DNA of 64,000 bases from Verrucomicrobiota bacterium (GTDB lineage Bacteria > Verrucomicrobiota > Verrucomicrobiia > Opitutales > Seribacteraceae): contig JAQBYT010000015.1 in the NCBI GenBank assembly GCA_027622665.1, positions 18,178 through 82,177 on the forward strand. The letters are read 5' to 3'. Below are positions 10,843 through 23,923 of the stretch, piece after piece; the first letter of the stretch is position 1; every line of letters starts with the position of its first letter. The notes below the pieces were generated by a model. That model was not told where the DNA came from. It made no database searches and was given only the letters and a program-made list of their open reading frames with translations. The translations under genes were made by a program, and so were the position numbers.

Positions 10843-13200
10843 CTAAAGAGTCGGTCGAATTTTCTCGATCTCGAAGGTTTCGATGGCATCGCCATCTTCA
10901 TACTTGATGGTACCCTCCAGTCGAATACCGCATTCAAACCCAGCTTTCACTTCTGTCGCATCGTCTTTGAAACGCTTGAGAGTATCAATCTTACCCTCTG
11001 CCATGACTTTACCTCCTCGCAGCAGACGAGCTGAAGCGTTTCTAGTAATACTTCCTTCCATAACCATCGAGCCAGCCACATCTCGACCTTTGCTGATCCT
11101 AAAGACTTCACGAATTTCGGCCCGGCCAGTCTTTTTCTCGACCAACTCGGGTTCCAACAAGTCCGCCATGTTTTCCTTCACCAGATCGATCAACTCATAA
11201 ATAATGTTATTTTGGAAAACATTTACCTCGTGATGCTTGGCTTCGCCGACGACGCCATTCTCCATCTTTGCATTAAATCCGATAACATCTGCCCCCGACA
11301 TCCTCGCCATGCCAATGTCGTTCTTGGTGATTTGCCCCACTTCAGACTGTACGACCTCGAGGGAAATCTTATCGCTTTTAATTTCCTCCAAAGAAGATTT
11401 CAAGGCTTCCACAGAACCGCGAACATCTGCCCGCAAGATAACCCGATAGGCATTCGCCTTTGTCTTGGCGATAGCAGCAAATAGAGCATCTATTCCTGAA
11501 AGGGGTTCTTCCTCATCGCCAGCAGCGGCAACGGGGACGCTAACCAACTTGGATTTGGCATCTCGTATAGCGTCATCGGCAAGGTTTCGAGCTTCTCGGT
11601 CATTCTTAACCTTGCGAAAGATATCTCCGGATTGGGGAGCATCCGACCAACCTAAAATATTGACGGGGGTTGACGGTGGAGCCGTTTTTACCTGTTCGCC
11701 TCGGTCGTCCAGCATCGCTTTGACCTTACAGTAAACGGAGCCACAGACAATAATGTCGCCAGTCTTGAGAGTTCCCTTCTGAACAATCACCGTGGCAGTT
11801 GCTCCACGACCGATCTCTTGACGAGCTTCCACTACTACACCCTCGGCAATTGCATTCGGATTGGCCTTCAATTCCATGACTTCCGACTGGAGAAGAATCA
11901 TGTCGAGCAAATCCTCAATGTTTTCGCCTTTGAGGGCAGAAATCGGCACGGTAACAGTTTCTCCTCCCCAATCCTCAGGAGGGATGCCGCGCTCCTGCAT
12001 GTGGGTCTTCACTTTGTCTATGTCTGCCCCCTTGGCGTCAGTCTTGTTAATAGCAACGACGATAGAGCCTTGAGCTCGCTGGGCAAACTTGAGGGCTTCG
12101 TCGGTTTGAGGCATAAAGCCATCGTCAGCTGCCACAACCAGTACGGAAATATCGGTGAGATTTGCTCCTCTTTCGCGAATCTTTGAAAAAGCTGCGTGCC
12201 CCGGAGTATCTAAAAAAGTAATTTTCTGGCCCTTGCGTTCGATTTGGTAGGCTCCGACATGCTGGGTAATGCCACCGGCTTCTCCGGAAACGACATTTGC
12301 CTTTCGAATAGTATCAAGCAAAGTGGTTTTACCATGATCGACGTGACCTAGAATACATACAATTGGAGAGCGAGGTTCGAGTAAGGATTCATCGTCCTCA
12401 GCGATTTTCAGAGCCTCCTGTTCTCTATGCTTAGTGGTTTCGGCCTTTTCTCCACGATGACGAATATCCAACTCAAAGCCCTTTCCTAGGGCAATTTTCT
12501 GGGCAATATCCTCCTCGATACTTTGGTTCATGGAAGCAAAAATGCCCATTTCCATGAGTTCGGAAATTAACTGAAAGGGCTTGAGCCCAATTAAAACTGC
12601 AAATTCACGCACCACGATCGGTGGCTTGATCACAATGGTTTTGGAGTTGGAAGAAGCTGGTGAAGTCGTGGCGTCGACCAGCGTATCCGCAGAAGTCGAG
12701 GATTTCGCAGCTTTTCCAGTCGAAGGAGGCGGCGGAGCCATAATCGCCGAAGGTTTCGGAGGAGTTGGAGCAACCGGAGTCGGGGGTGGTGGAGCTAAGG
12801 CAACAGTGCCGGAATTCAAAGCAGTTTCCCTAATACTAGGCGATGCGGAAGGTGAGCTCGCTTCTTTGGCACGATCTTCCGCATCTTGCTTTTCCAATCT
12901 TTCCCGATCGATATCTTGCTTGCTCTTGACTATTGGCGCGGCGCCGAGAGGTTCGTCGGAAGAGGATTCCTCCTCGTCGGACTTTTCAGGTTTGTCATCG
13001 GTTTCAGACTCGGTGACATCCGATTCCTCAACCACCTCCGATTTCGCAGGCTTGAGTTCCTCGATAAGCGACTCAGCAGTAATGTTGTCTATGGAACTCG
13101 AGGCACTCTTGATTTCGTAGCCTCGTGCTACAAGCAAAACGACAAGTTCTTTGCTCGTTATACCGACTTCTTTTGCAATAGCATGTATGCGGAAACTCAT
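10843..13200 (-). CDS. infB: Translation initiation factor IF-2
   Basis: [28 protein letters not shown]-terminal [11 protein letters not shown]. Confidence 0.99.
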   Translation of the reverse strand: MSFRIHAIAKEVGITSKELVVLLVARGYEIKSASSSIDNITAESLIEELKPAKSEVVEESDVTESETDDKPEKSDEEESSSDEPLGAAPIVKSKQDIDRERLEKQDAEDRAKEASSPSASPSIRETALNSGTVALAPPPPTPVAPTPPKPSAIMAPPPPSTGKAAKSSTSADTLVDATTSPASSNSKTIVIKPPIVVREFAVLIGLKPFQLISELMEMGIFASMNQSIEEDIAQKIALGKGFELDIRHRGEKAETTKHREQEALKIAEDDESLLEPRSPIVCILGHVDHGKTTLLDTIRKANVVSGEAGGITQHVGAYQIERKGQKITFLDTPGHAAFSKIRERGANLTDISVLVVAADDGFMPQTDEALKFAQRAQGSIVVAINKTDAKGADIDKVKTHMQERGIPPEDWGGETVTVPISALKGENIEDLLDMILLQSEVMELKANPNAIAEGVVVEARQEIGRGATATVIVQKGTLKTGDIIVCGSVYCKVKAMLDDRGEQVKTAPPSTPVNILGWSDAPQSGDIFRKVKNDREARNLADDAIRDAKSKLVSVPVAAAGDEEEPLSGIDALFAAIAKTKANAYRVILRADVRGSVEALKSSLEEIKSDKISLEVVQSEVGQITKNDIGMARMSGADVIGFNAKMENGVVGEAKHHEVNVFQNNIIYELIDLVKENMADLLEPELVEKKTGRAEIREVFRISKGRDVAGSMVMEGSITRNASARLLRGGKVMAEGKIDTLKRFKDDATEVKAGFECGIRLEGTIKYEDGDAIETFEIEKIRPTL

Positions 13201-13264
13201 TTAGCGGCTGCGAGAAATATTCTTTTGGGTCGTAAAAAAAATCCAGTTTTGGTGAAAGTTCCAG

Positions 13265-14581
13265 TTAGGCGGTCTCTTCGCCTTCCGGGGTTTCCTCTGA
13301 GTCGGCAGCAGTTTCTTCGGACACCTCGGCATCGATGGACAATTCATCATCGGAAGACGCAACTTTTTCTAAAATTCCATCGGCTTCTTCCGAGGTGAAG
13401 CCAAGCCCCATCAAGTCTTCCGAGGTTACTCCCTCGAAGGCTTCGGGACTAACGAGACCAACGGCAACTAAACGATCCGCCAACTCGAATTCTACGCCGA
13501 CCGCAGTGAGGGCCTGAGCCGCCTGAGCCTTGCGCTCATCAAAGCCAACTTCCTTGACCTCGACCTTTCCGATATCGAGTTTCCAACCCAAAAGGCGCGA
13601 AGTAAGCCGAGCGTTAATGCCCTTTCGCCCAATGGCGATAGAAAGATCCTCTTCTTCCACCTCGAAGTACATGCGACGTTTATCCCGATCCAGCTTTATG
13701 TTCTTGGGCACAGCAGGCTTGAGGGCTTCGGCAAGCAACTCGATGGGGTCTTCGAACCAACGTACGATGTCGACTTTTTCACCGTTCAGTTCGCGAACAA
13801 TGCTTTTCACTCGCGCTCCGCGAGCACCCACGCAGGCTCCAACGGGATCCACCTTCGGGTCGGTGCTCTTTACGCAAACCTTGGTTCGGTATCCCGGCTC
13901 ACGAGCCATCGCGGCAAGTACAACCGTACCATCGGCAATTTCATTCACTTCCATATCGAAAATTTTCCGCACAAAGGTCATGCTCGAACGGCTGAGAATC
14001 AACTCAGGACCACGCCCTTGGGCTTCAAGTTTCAGGAGCAAGCAACGGACGCGCTCGCCCGCAACCCAGTCTTCGCCGGGCACTCGTTCGCGCCAAGGCA
14101 GTACAGCTTCGGCTTTACCTACTTCGACAATCAAATCACCTCTCTCGCGGCGGCGTACGATTCCTGATACTAAGTTACCTACCTGGTCCTTGAATTCGTC
14201 GTAAATGTGTTCCTTCTCAAATTGACGTAAGCGTTGCTTGATTGCCTGCTCCGCCGTCTTCGCAGCAATGCGCCCAAGATATGAAGGATCGATTTCACGC
14301 TCCACGGATTCACCGACTTTGGGTTCTTCGGCGTAAAGTCGGGCCTTGTCGATGTGAATTTCAGTAGCGGTATCGGAAACCGACTCGACAACTAAAAGCT
14401 TCGTCCAAGCTTTCATTGCACCCGTTTTCGGGTTGATTTCCAATCGAAGGTCGCCCGCACCGTTTACGCCGCGTTCAGCAGCAGCCTTTACGGCGCTTTC
14501 GATTGTGGCGATCATGTCTTCGCGACTGATCCCCTTTTCCTTCTCCATGTATTCAAGGACGGCGAGTATTTCGCTGCTCAT
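13265..14581 (-). CDS. nusA: Transcription termination/antitermination factor NusA
   Basis: S1 and KH domains: [29 protein letters not shown]. Confidence 0.99.
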   Translation of the reverse strand: MSSEILAVLEYMEKEKGISREDMIATIESAVKAAAERGVNGAGDLRLEINPKTGAMKAWTKLLVVESVSDTATEIHIDKARLYAEEPKVGESVEREIDPSYLGRIAAKTAEQAIKQRLRQFEKEHIYDEFKDQVGNLVSGIVRRRERGDLIVEVGKAEAVLPWRERVPGEDWVAGERVRCLLLKLEAQGRGPELILSRSSMTFVRKIFDMEVNEIADGTVVLAAMAREPGYRTKVCVKSTDPKVDPVGACVGARGARVKSIVRELNGEKVDIVRWFEDPIELLAEALKPAVPKNIKLDRDKRRMYFEVEEEDLSIAIGRKGINARLTSRLLGWKLDIGKVEVKEVGFDERKAQAAQALTAVGVEFELADRLVAVGLVSPEAFEGVTSEDLMGLGFTSEEADGILEKVASSDDELSIDAEVSEETAADSEETPEGEETA

Positions 14582-14618
14582 GGTCGAAAGTTGGTTTTTA
14601 TTTTAAGAAGTTATTATG

Positions 14619-14645
14619 AAAAAAAAAGAGCGGCTGTGCCCGCTC
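14619..14645 (-). promoter_or_regulatory. Leader terminator hairpin upstream of nusA (rimP-leader-like attenuator)
   Basis: Minus strand GAGCGG-GCACAG-CCGCTC followed by U9, about 38 nt before the nusA ATG. A TTGACA -35 lies upstream at 14705-14710. Confidence 0.65.
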
Positions 14646-14778
14646 CTCCCTTTTAAGATGAGAATGTATTGAAGGTGTCAGACTAAATCTTGAATCACCG
14701 TTTTTGTCAATGCTATCCTCCAAGTACGAGCCACTTAGGTTTTATCCTTTGCGTAAATACGCCGAACTGGTATTTTGA

Positions 14779-15900
<1,122 letters not shown>

Positions 15901-15933
15901 GTTATTCATTATACCCACTCGACCCGCAAAAAC

Positions 15934-18615
15934 ATGACGTCGGAAGAAATCCGCCAGTCCTTTTTCGACTTCTTCGCCGGAAAGGCCCACAAAGTCTTGC
16001 CTTCAGCGTCTCTCATGCCGGAGTCTCCGAACCTCCTCTTCACCAATGCGGGCATGAATCAGTTCGTGCCTTACTTCCTCGGCGACCGGAAGGCACCCTA
16101 CCCGCGTGCTGCCGACACACAAAAATGCATTCGGGCGGGCGGAAAGCACAACGACCTCGAGGACGTCGGTCTGGATACCTACCACCACACCTACTTCGAG
16201 ATGCTCGGCAACTGGTCCTTCGGCGATTACTTCAAGGCCGAAGCGATAGAATGGGCCTGGGAACTCCTGACCGAAGTCTGGCAATTCCCAAAGGAACGCC
16301 TTTACGCCACCGTTTACAAACCGGGAGAAGGCGAACCCGCGGATTTCGATCAAGAAGCCCACGACCTGTGGACCGCCATCTTCGAAAAGGAAGGTATCGA
16401 CCCAACACTCCATGTTATCAACGGGGGCAAGAAAGACAATTTCTGGATGATGGGTGAGACGGGGCCCTGCGGACCTTGCAGCGAACTCCATATCGACCTA
16501 ACGCCGGAGGGAGACACCGCTGGCCAACTTGTCAACGGCGACTCCAATCTCTGCATAGAAATCTGGAATTTGGTCTTCATTCAGTTCAATGCGGACAAGG
16601 AAGGTGGCTTCTCTCCTCTCGCCGCCAAGCACGTCGACACGGGCATGGGCTTCGAGCGCGTCGTCGCCGCAATACAAAGTACGAACGGATTCAGCGATTT
16701 CTCAAAAACCGTATCCAATTACGACACCGACGTCTTTCGCCCGCTTTTTGATGAACTAGAAAAACTCTCGGGCAAAACCTATTCCTCCTCTCTTCCCGAA
16801 GGTCCGGAACGCTCCGAGCAAGAAAAAGTGGACGTGGCCTTTCGCGTAATCGGCGATCATCTTCGGGCCCTGTCTTTTTCCATTGCCGACGGAATTATGC
16901 CGGGCAATTCCGATCGAAACTACGTTCTCCGGCGCATCCTCCGTCGGGCCATTCGTTACGGCCGCAACCTCGGTTTCTCCGAACCCTTCTTCCATAAACT
17001 GGTCGGCGTACTGGTGGAACAAATGGGCGATGTGTTTCCTGAACTGAGAAACCGTCGCGAGCTGATCGAGAAGACTCTTCGATCGGAGGAGGAATCCTTC
17101 AACAAGACCCTTGATCGCGGCATAGAACTCTTTCGCCGTGAAAGTGATCAGCTCGGCGATAAAAAGGACATTTCGGGCGAATTCGCCTTCCGTCTGTACG
17201 ACACCTACGGCTTTCCTCTTGATCTCACGCAGCTCATGGCTCGTGAAAGAAGCCTCTCGGTGGATGAACAGGGATTCAACCTAGAGATGGAAAAACAACG
17301 TACTCGCGCCCGCGAGGCTCACAAGACTGTCGAAATCAAGGTAAAGGTAGACGGCGACGATGCCCAATCCACGAAGTTCCTAGGCTACGAACCCGAAAAC
17401 CTCACGGGGTTTTCCGCAAACTGCCAAGGCTTGGTTCGGGACGGCGACAACGCTTACTTAATCTTCGACCAAACCCCGTTTTATGCAGAAATGGGCGGAC
17501 AAGTGGGAGATTCCGGAACCGTCGAAATCGGTGGCGAAACCTTGCCCGTCGGCAGGGTGAGCAAGGATGCAGCAGGGCGATTTCTGCATCCAGTGAAGGG
17601 TGACTTTCCCGCAGACCCAAGCGGCCAATCTGCAGTCCTTAACGTCGACCTAAACAGACGTCTCGCCATCCAACGCCACCACACCGCCACCCATGTTTTG
17701 CACTGGGCTCTGCGCCAGATTCTGGGTGATCACGTCCGGCAGGCGGGTTCGCTCGTAGAGCCCAATCGCCTGCGTTTCGACTTTTCCCATTTCGAAGGAG
17801 TCACCTCGGCCCAAATCGACGAAATCGAGAGACTCGCGAACGAACACCTTCTCACCAACGACTCCGTCGAAGCCGTTGAAATTCCCTACGCGGAAAAGTC
17901 CGACGACGTCATGGCCTTCTTCGGCGACAAGTACGGGGACGTCGTTCGGGTGGTCGACCTTGGCGGATGGAGCAAGGAATTGTGTGGCGGCACGCACGTT
18001 CAGTCCGCAGGAGAAATCGGGTTTATCAAGATAACAAGTGAATCGGCGATCGCCGCGGGCACTCGTCGGATCGAGGCGGTTGCCGGTTCCGATGCGTACG
18101 CCCTCGCCAACGAACGCTTTCGCCAGGTCGCTTCCATTACCCAAAACCTCGCCTGCAAACCGGAAGAGATTTCCGAACGCATCGTCGCCCTTCAGGCAAA
18201 GAACAAGGACCTCGAAAAAAAGCTGCGCTCGCATGAACAGAAGGGACAAGCCAACCTTGCCGACAAGCTGATCGCCAAAGCTGTCGAAAGCGACGGCATT
18301 CGCTTCGTCAAGGGCATCGTCCGTGACGTCGCGGCCAACGATCTCCGCGGCCTTGCCGTCCAGGTGAACAAGGGTACCGCTCCCTCCGTTACGCTTCTCG
18401 TTTCTATCGCGGGCGAGAAAGCCACCATGATCTGCATCTCCTCCGACGAAGCCGTCGCCAAGGGGCACAAGGCGGGTGACTTCCTTCGCGAGCTCGCCAC
18501 CCTTTTCGGAGGAAAAGGCGGGGGTAAGCCCGACTTCGCCATGGGCGGTTCTCCCTCTGGGGCCGACCCTGAACAAACCCTCGCCGACTTCGCTTTTCCG
18601 TCTCAAGATTCGTGA
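15934..18615 (+). CDS. alaS: Alanine--tRNA ligase
   Basis: LLFTNAGMNQF, HHTYFEMLGNWSFGDYFK, DTGMGFER, editing motifs HTATH and CGGTH, DHHA1 GKGGG. Confidence 0.99.
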   Translation: MTSEEIRQSFFDFFAGKAHKVLPSASLMPESPNLLFTNAGMNQFVPYFLGDRKAPYPRAADTQKCIRAGGKHNDLEDVGLDTYHHTYFEMLGNWSFGDYFKAEAIEWAWELLTEVWQFPKERLYATVYKPGEGEPADFDQEAHDLWTAIFEKEGIDPTLHVINGGKKDNFWMMGETGPCGPCSELHIDLTPEGDTAGQLVNGDSNLCIEIWNLVFIQFNADKEGGFSPLAAKHVDTGMGFERVVAAIQSTNGFSDFSKTVSNYDTDVFRPLFDELEKLSGKTYSSSLPEGPERSEQEKVDVAFRVIGDHLRALSFSIADGIMPGNSDRNYVLRRILRRAIRYGRNLGFSEPFFHKLVGVLVEQMGDVFPELRNRRELIEKTLRSEEESFNKTLDRGIELFRRESDQLGDKKDISGEFAFRLYDTYGFPLDLTQLMARERSLSVDEQGFNLEMEKQRTRAREAHKTVEIKVKVDGDDAQSTKFLGYEPENLTGFSANCQGLVRDGDNAYLIFDQTPFYAEMGGQVGDSGTVEIGGETLPVGRVSKDAAGRFLHPVKGDFPADPSGQSAVLNVDLNRRLAIQRHHTATHVLHWALRQILGDHVRQAGSLVEPNRLRFDFSHFEGVTSAQIDEIERLANEHLLTNDSVEAVEIPYAEKSDDVMAFFGDKYGDVVRVVDLGGWSKELCGGTHVQSAGEIGFIKITSESAIAAGTRRIEAVAGSDAYALANERFRQVASITQNLACKPEEISERIVALQAKNKDLEKKLRSHEQKGQANLADKLIAKAVESDGIRFVKGIVRDVAANDLRGLAVQVNKGTAPSVTLLVSIAGEKATMICISSDEAVAKGHKAGDFLRELATLFGGKGGGKPDFAMGGSPSGADPEQTLADFAFPSQDS

Positions 18616-21101
18616 ACCTCAGGCTAGTCCTGCCCCCCACCCTCGCAGCCTGCGCGGAACGGGACGCCATCCCCACCAAGCTCGAGCTCGACCCGGGATC
18701 GGGCAAACCCATCACCCCCGAAAAAGCCGGACCTGCCGGTCTCGCGGGACTTCCCGATGCCGAACGAGCCGCCGCCTTCGTCATGGCCCAATGGTGCGGC
18801 GGGGAATTGTCCTCTCTTCTCCACTTAAGCAAAAAGCATTTGGCCGAGCTTCTCAACATGCTTCGCGGCATTTCCTGCTTCTACTTCGCCCACAAGCCGC
18901 AGGAGGCAATCCCTTGGGAAGATGGCGACCTGCTCGGCGTATCCCAACACCTGCCCAAGGAAAAAACAGCCACCGGCTCGACCCAGGGAGTTCCTTCTTC
19001 CCCTTCGGGAACCTCGGAAGAACGTGAAGAGGTCGCCCCCATTCGCGAGGACGCATGGGCGGATTACGAGGGCCGTCCCATCGAGGTGGAAGGGTCGACC
19101 GAGTACCTGATGATCACCTTGCCGTCCGACGAGCATCCCGCCTACCACTCGACTCTTCGCCTCCTGCGAGAGGCAAACTTCTTGCGCGATCGACAAAACC
19201 GTCGCTGGTGGTGGCTTCGCGGACGAGAAAAGACTCTCGATTTCCTAGCCGAGCACAAGGAGACCCTCGAACTCGACTTCGACGCCACCTTCACGGAAAA
19301 CTTCCGCAAGCACACCAAAAGCATTCGCGAGGCCACCGTCCGGACAGAGGCCAAGGAGAAGGATGGCATGGCCGAGGTACAAGTCATCATTCGGGCGGGT
19401 GATGCTCCTGAAAACCTGATCGAGCAAGCCCTGGCGATGGGCAGCAACCACGTCGAGTCCGACGGCAAGGTTTATTTGCTGGGTAGAAAAATGCTCCAAA
19501 AAGCCCATGCTCTCCAGCGCCGCTTGGCGGGCACGCCCGAGGCTCCGCTCCTGCGTAAGGGTACTTATCACCTACCCACTGAGCAAACCGCCGAAAGCGA
19601 AGAAATGCTGTTGGAATTAGACCCCAAGTTCAAACCGCCCGAGGCATGGAAAACCCGGGCAACGGCTCTCCGCGACCTCGACAAGCTGGAACCACCTCCC
19701 CTTTCGAAGGAACTGGAAGACATCCTGCGACCTTATCAAAAGATCGGGGTCGGATGGATGCTGCATCTCTTTCGCCATAAACTCGGAGGAATCCTGGCCG
19801 ATGAAATGGGCTTAGGCAAAACTCTCCAGACCCTAGCTGTCCTGTCCTGCCTCAAGAAAAGAAAAGTCAGCTTCGACGATTCGGTGTCTACCTCGCTCGT
19901 GGTTTGCCCCGCATCGCTCGTGGAAAATTGGCGGCGGGAAACCGAACGCTTTTGCCCCGAGCTGAATGTCTTCGTTCACCATGGCTCCAAAAGGATGAAG
20001 AGGGTCGAGGAATTCGCGAAATGGGATCTCGTCATCACATCCTACGGAACTCTCGTCCGGGATGAAAACCTATTCGCCTCGGCTTCGCTCCTTTGCGTGA
20101 TCGGCGACGAGGCCCAAAACCTCAAGAACCGGCGTACACGCAACGCCAAGTCGCTCGCCTCCCTTTCCTCTCGCGGTCGCTTTCTTCTCACCGGAACTCC
20201 CGTTGAAAACAGCCTGTACGACCTCCTGGCCCTCACCTCCTTCCTGATGCCGGGTGCCCTTCATCCGATTCCCTCATCTTCACGCGGAGACGAGCGCACT
20301 TGGCACGAAAAACGTTTTCTCGCCCAAGCGGCCCCCTACATCCTGCGGCGAAGCAAAAAAATCGTTGCCCCCGAACTTCCCGACAAGATCGAACAAGTGG
20401 TATACGTCGACATGACTCCCGAACAGGCCAAGACCTACGCCTCCGTAAAGGCGGGCGCCGAAAAGGAAATCGTAGCCATGGAAGAAGCGGGCGTCCCCGA
20501 AGGTCAGCTCCGCATGAAGACCCTCACGCAGCTCCTGCGACTTCGCCAAACCTGTTGCGACCCCCGCTTGCTCGACGACAAACTAGAACCCGGCGCCTCC
20601 GCAAAACTCGCGGCTTTCCGGGAAATCCTGCACGGTGCGATAGACGCGGGAAACCGCATCCTGCTCTTTTCGCAGTTCACCTCTCTGTTGGCTTTGATCC
20701 GAGCGGAATTGGAAGCGGAATCGATTCCTCACTGCTACCTCGATGGCTCGTCCAGAGATCGCATGGCGCAGGTCGATCGCTTCCAAGACGACGAATCCGT
20801 TCCCATATTTCTCATATCTCTGAAAGCGGGTGGCACGGGACTCAATCTCACCGGGGCCGACTTGGTGATCCACTTCGACCCATGGTGGAACCCCGCCGCC
20901 GAGGCTCAGGCGACAGACCGGGCTCACCGCATAGGCCAAACCAAAACCGTACAAGTGTACAAGCTGATCATCGCCGACTCGGTGGAAGAAAACGTGCTCC
21001 GTCTACAGTCGAGTAAAAGAAAGCTTCTGAGCGAGGTTTTCGAAGCGGGAGAAGCGGTCAACGCATCCATCTCCATAGCCGACATGAAAGCCCTTATCTA
21101 A
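18612..21101 (+). CDS. SNF2/SWI2-family DEAD/DEAH ATPase
   Basis: LADEMGLGKT, DEAQ, LTGTPVEN, LFSQF, SLKAGGTGLNL, DPWWNPAAEAQATDRAHRIGQ; GTGA overlap with alaS. Confidence 0.93.
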   Translation: MNLRLVLPPTLAACAERDAIPTKLELDPGSGKPITPEKAGPAGLAGLPDAERAAAFVMAQWCGGELSSLLHLSKKHLAELLNMLRGISCFYFAHKPQEAIPWEDGDLLGVSQHLPKEKTATGSTQGVPSSPSGTSEEREEVAPIREDAWADYEGRPIEVEGSTEYLMITLPSDEHPAYHSTLRLLREANFLRDRQNRRWWWLRGREKTLDFLAEHKETLELDFDATFTENFRKHTKSIREATVRTEAKEKDGMAEVQVIIRAGDAPENLIEQALAMGSNHVESDGKVYLLGRKMLQKAHALQRRLAGTPEAPLLRKGTYHLPTEQTAESEEMLLELDPKFKPPEAWKTRATALRDLDKLEPPPLSKELEDILRPYQKIGVGWMLHLFRHKLGGILADEMGLGKTLQTLAVLSCLKKRKVSFDDSVSTSLVVCPASLVENWRRETERFCPELNVFVHHGSKRMKRVEEFAKWDLVITSYGTLVRDENLFASASLLCVIGDEAQNLKNRRTRNAKSLASLSSRGRFLLTGTPVENSLYDLLALTSFLMPGALHPIPSSSRGDERTWHEKRFLAQAAPYILRRSKKIVAPELPDKIEQVVYVDMTPEQAKTYASVKAGAEKEIVAMEEAGVPEGQLRMKTLTQLLRLRQTCCDPRLLDDKLEPGASAKLAAFREILHGAIDAGNRILLFSQFTSLLALIRAELEAESIPHCYLDGSSRDRMAQVDRFQDDESVPIFLISLKAGGTGLNLTGADLVIHFDPWWNPAAEAQATDRAHRIGQTKTVQVYKLIIADSVEENVLRLQSSKRKLLSEVFEAGEAVNASISIADMKALI

Positions 21102-21149
21102 AAGGTTATCGAATTGTAGCGACGAAAAAAAAACGAATACAGACTGGAT

Positions 21150-23844
21150 ATGGTCAAATACATATGCTCCGTTTTTTTAGCGGTCGGCTTTCTTTCAACG
21201 AAAGACCTGCAAGCAGAAGAAAGCGCACCTTTAACCGTTACGGCAAGCGACTTAAATAATGGTCAAATCACTTTCACGGCACATGCGACCGTTGACTCCT
21301 TGTTTAGTGTAGAAATTCAATTGACCGATCTCTCAAACCTTCGTCCCTCCAAGGAAGGAAAGCTAATCTTCAACTTGGACGGGAGCGGTGACACTGAATT
21401 AATGACCTTGGATCAAATCGAGGTGGGTGGAGGTTGGGGTTACTACTGGAGCTATTGGTGGAACTATGGATTTTCAGGAGAGAATCAGGACTCCAATTAT
21501 ACCTACAGAATTCCCTACGCGTCCAAGGATAGGTTCACGGTTGGTCAAGGTTACATGGGATCATGGAGCCATCAGGACACTTACGCCATCGATTGGTCCA
21601 TGCCGGAAGGAACCACAATATACGCCGCGAGAGGAGGGAAGGTAATAAACACAAAGGAAGACTCGAACGAGGGCGGTGCTGAAAAGTCATTCATGGACAA
21701 GGCCAATTACATAACGATCGGACATTTGGACGGGAGCAAAGCCGACTACCTGCACTTGCAGCAAAACGGGGCACTCGTACAGATTGGCGCAATAGTGAAA
21801 ATCGGAGACCCCATTGGACTTTCGGGAAATACCGGATGGTCAACGGAACCCCACCTTCACTTCCAAGTCTTTCATCAAACAGACCCCCAAACCTCGTCCA
21901 CTGTCTCGACGAACTTCTTGGGCAAAGACGGAAACGTCGTTTCTATCCAAGAAGGAGATTCCTACTACGGCAGTGGCGACGTTCAAGCTTCGACGAAGAC
22001 CTTCGCGAATGCCAATGCAGTCGCCGATTCAGTTTCGGGATGGAGTGCAAGCCCTTGGCTCGGACGCTTTTTTACTTCCGCGTCAAACTGGATTTATCAC
22101 GAACACTTGGGATGGCTTTATCCCGTGGACACGGCACAAGAGGGAGTCTGGCTGTACCACCCGAATTTGAATTGGCTCTGGACAAGCAAGAACACCTACC
22201 CGTGGCTGTACTTTTACGATAAGAAAAACTGGATCTATTTCGAACCATCAAAAGGTTTTTATGATTATTCACAGGGTGCTTGGAGCCCTCATTCAACACA
22301 TGAAGAAAGCTCAAAATCTTCCACCGCAAACGGATCGAATGCCTCTGGCCACTCGACCAACACCGATAACGGTTCGGCTGAAACTGAGAATTCATCTTCC
22401 TCATCAGATATCATTTTTGACTATCGATACGACAACGGCTACTTCAGTGCCAACCCCGATCGAAAAACCGCCTTGGAATATGCAGCCAAGTATTGGGAGT
22501 CCGTGATCACTTCATCGCATACCGTAGCCCCGGGCACTTCATTGAACATGAGGTGGCCTTATACCTCTACCGAATCAGAGACCATAAGCTGTGAGAACGG
22601 AGTGCCTGGTTTTCTCGTCTTCCTCTATGCTTATGACTTTCAGCAGGAAGTGAATACCGACGGAACCCTCTCGCACTCAACGTCCAAGGCAGTGGACTCA
22701 CGTTTTTCCACTCCCAACGTCGGGGCTCTTTATCTCAACGCAAATGCAGGACAATCAAGCTCTTGGTTTTTTGACGCCACACCGGAAACCGCCCTCCCTG
22801 AGCTAGGTCACGTCCTCGGTATATTGAGAAGCTATCAAGCCCCGTTCGTGACTACGGATTCCGAAGGCCAAGAATCTTTCGACGGGCCCGCCGTCCGCCA
22901 AGTGAACAACGGTCAAGCTCTTCCCCCGGATAAGGATTCGGCGCACGTTTATTCGAAATTCACCTCTCCCGAATACCTACCGATGCCCAATCTCGACAGA
23001 CACAGTATGCACGGGAGCAACGTAATTCAGGGGTTTTGCAGCCTTCCCACACCAATCGACGTCGCCATGCTCGACGACATCGGTTACGATGTCAACTACG
23101 CCGAAATCCGTCTACGGCGACCCCGCAGTAATCAAACAATACCAAGCTTCCAACCTCTCCAGTTTCGTGGAGGCAAACAGTTCGATCAAACCGCATGGAC
23201 TTTGGATTTTCGATACTCTTGACGATGTCGACAAAGCTCTTGTCGGCTATCCTCTCCGTTACATGCCGCCCGCCGGACAAACGGGCCTGATTGCCGATCT
23301 TCATTCGACCGATCACCTCTCCGTGCCGAAAAAAGGTTACTTGATCGTCAACCATACCTTGTCCGAGGCAATGGGTCCCGGCAGCGACGTCACCATTTAC
23401 TCTCTCCTGTTAGACCTCAGGATCAAAACCGCCAGTCCATGGCGTGCCCTCTTCAATACGAATCCCTACGCAAGCAACGACGGAGAAATGTTTATCACGG
23501 GAGATATGAAAATTGGTGCAAGCGGACTCTATTCCGAAGCCAACGCCTTGTCCTTGAACAACTGGCATCGAATAATCTTCACCTTCAACGCCAACACTAG
23601 CACAGCCAAGATTTACATGGACGGAAACCTCGCCTTGACCAACGCCTCCATCTCTCAGTCCCGGTACGGCCTTTATTCGGCCGAGAGCAACAAACCGCTG
23701 CTTCTATTGCTAGGGGACGACGATGGTGATAGCGATGCAGTCGATCTCAAGGCGGCTGCCTTGTATGGCGAGGCCCCAAGCCTTACGATTGGGTGGCGTT
23801 CAAAACCGTTCCTTCGGTCTTTGATCAAAAGGAGTCTTACCTGA
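21150..23844 (+). pseudogene. Disrupted secreted multidomain protein: M23 peptidase + Trp-rich domain + degenerate zincin + LamG-like domain
   Basis: ORF 21150-23222 has a signal peptide and M23 motifs (SHQDTYAIDW, YLHL, PHLHF). PELGH stands in place of HELGH. Coding continues in another frame from about 23105 (ORF 23089-23844, LamG-like WHRIIFTF...AKIYMDG). A further likely shift lies near 23775. Confidence 0.65.
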
Positions 23845-23923
23845 GCCGGTTTCCTTTGCCCTTGAAACACTGGGCATATTCTGAGAAAATGTGTTTTGTA
23901 TATCCCATTAACCCGTCCGACCA

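Noticed and set aside
18612..21101. SNF2 as part of an anti-phage defence island
   Set aside because: Coupled to alaS with host-like composition; no methylase, nuclease or other defence genes adjacent.
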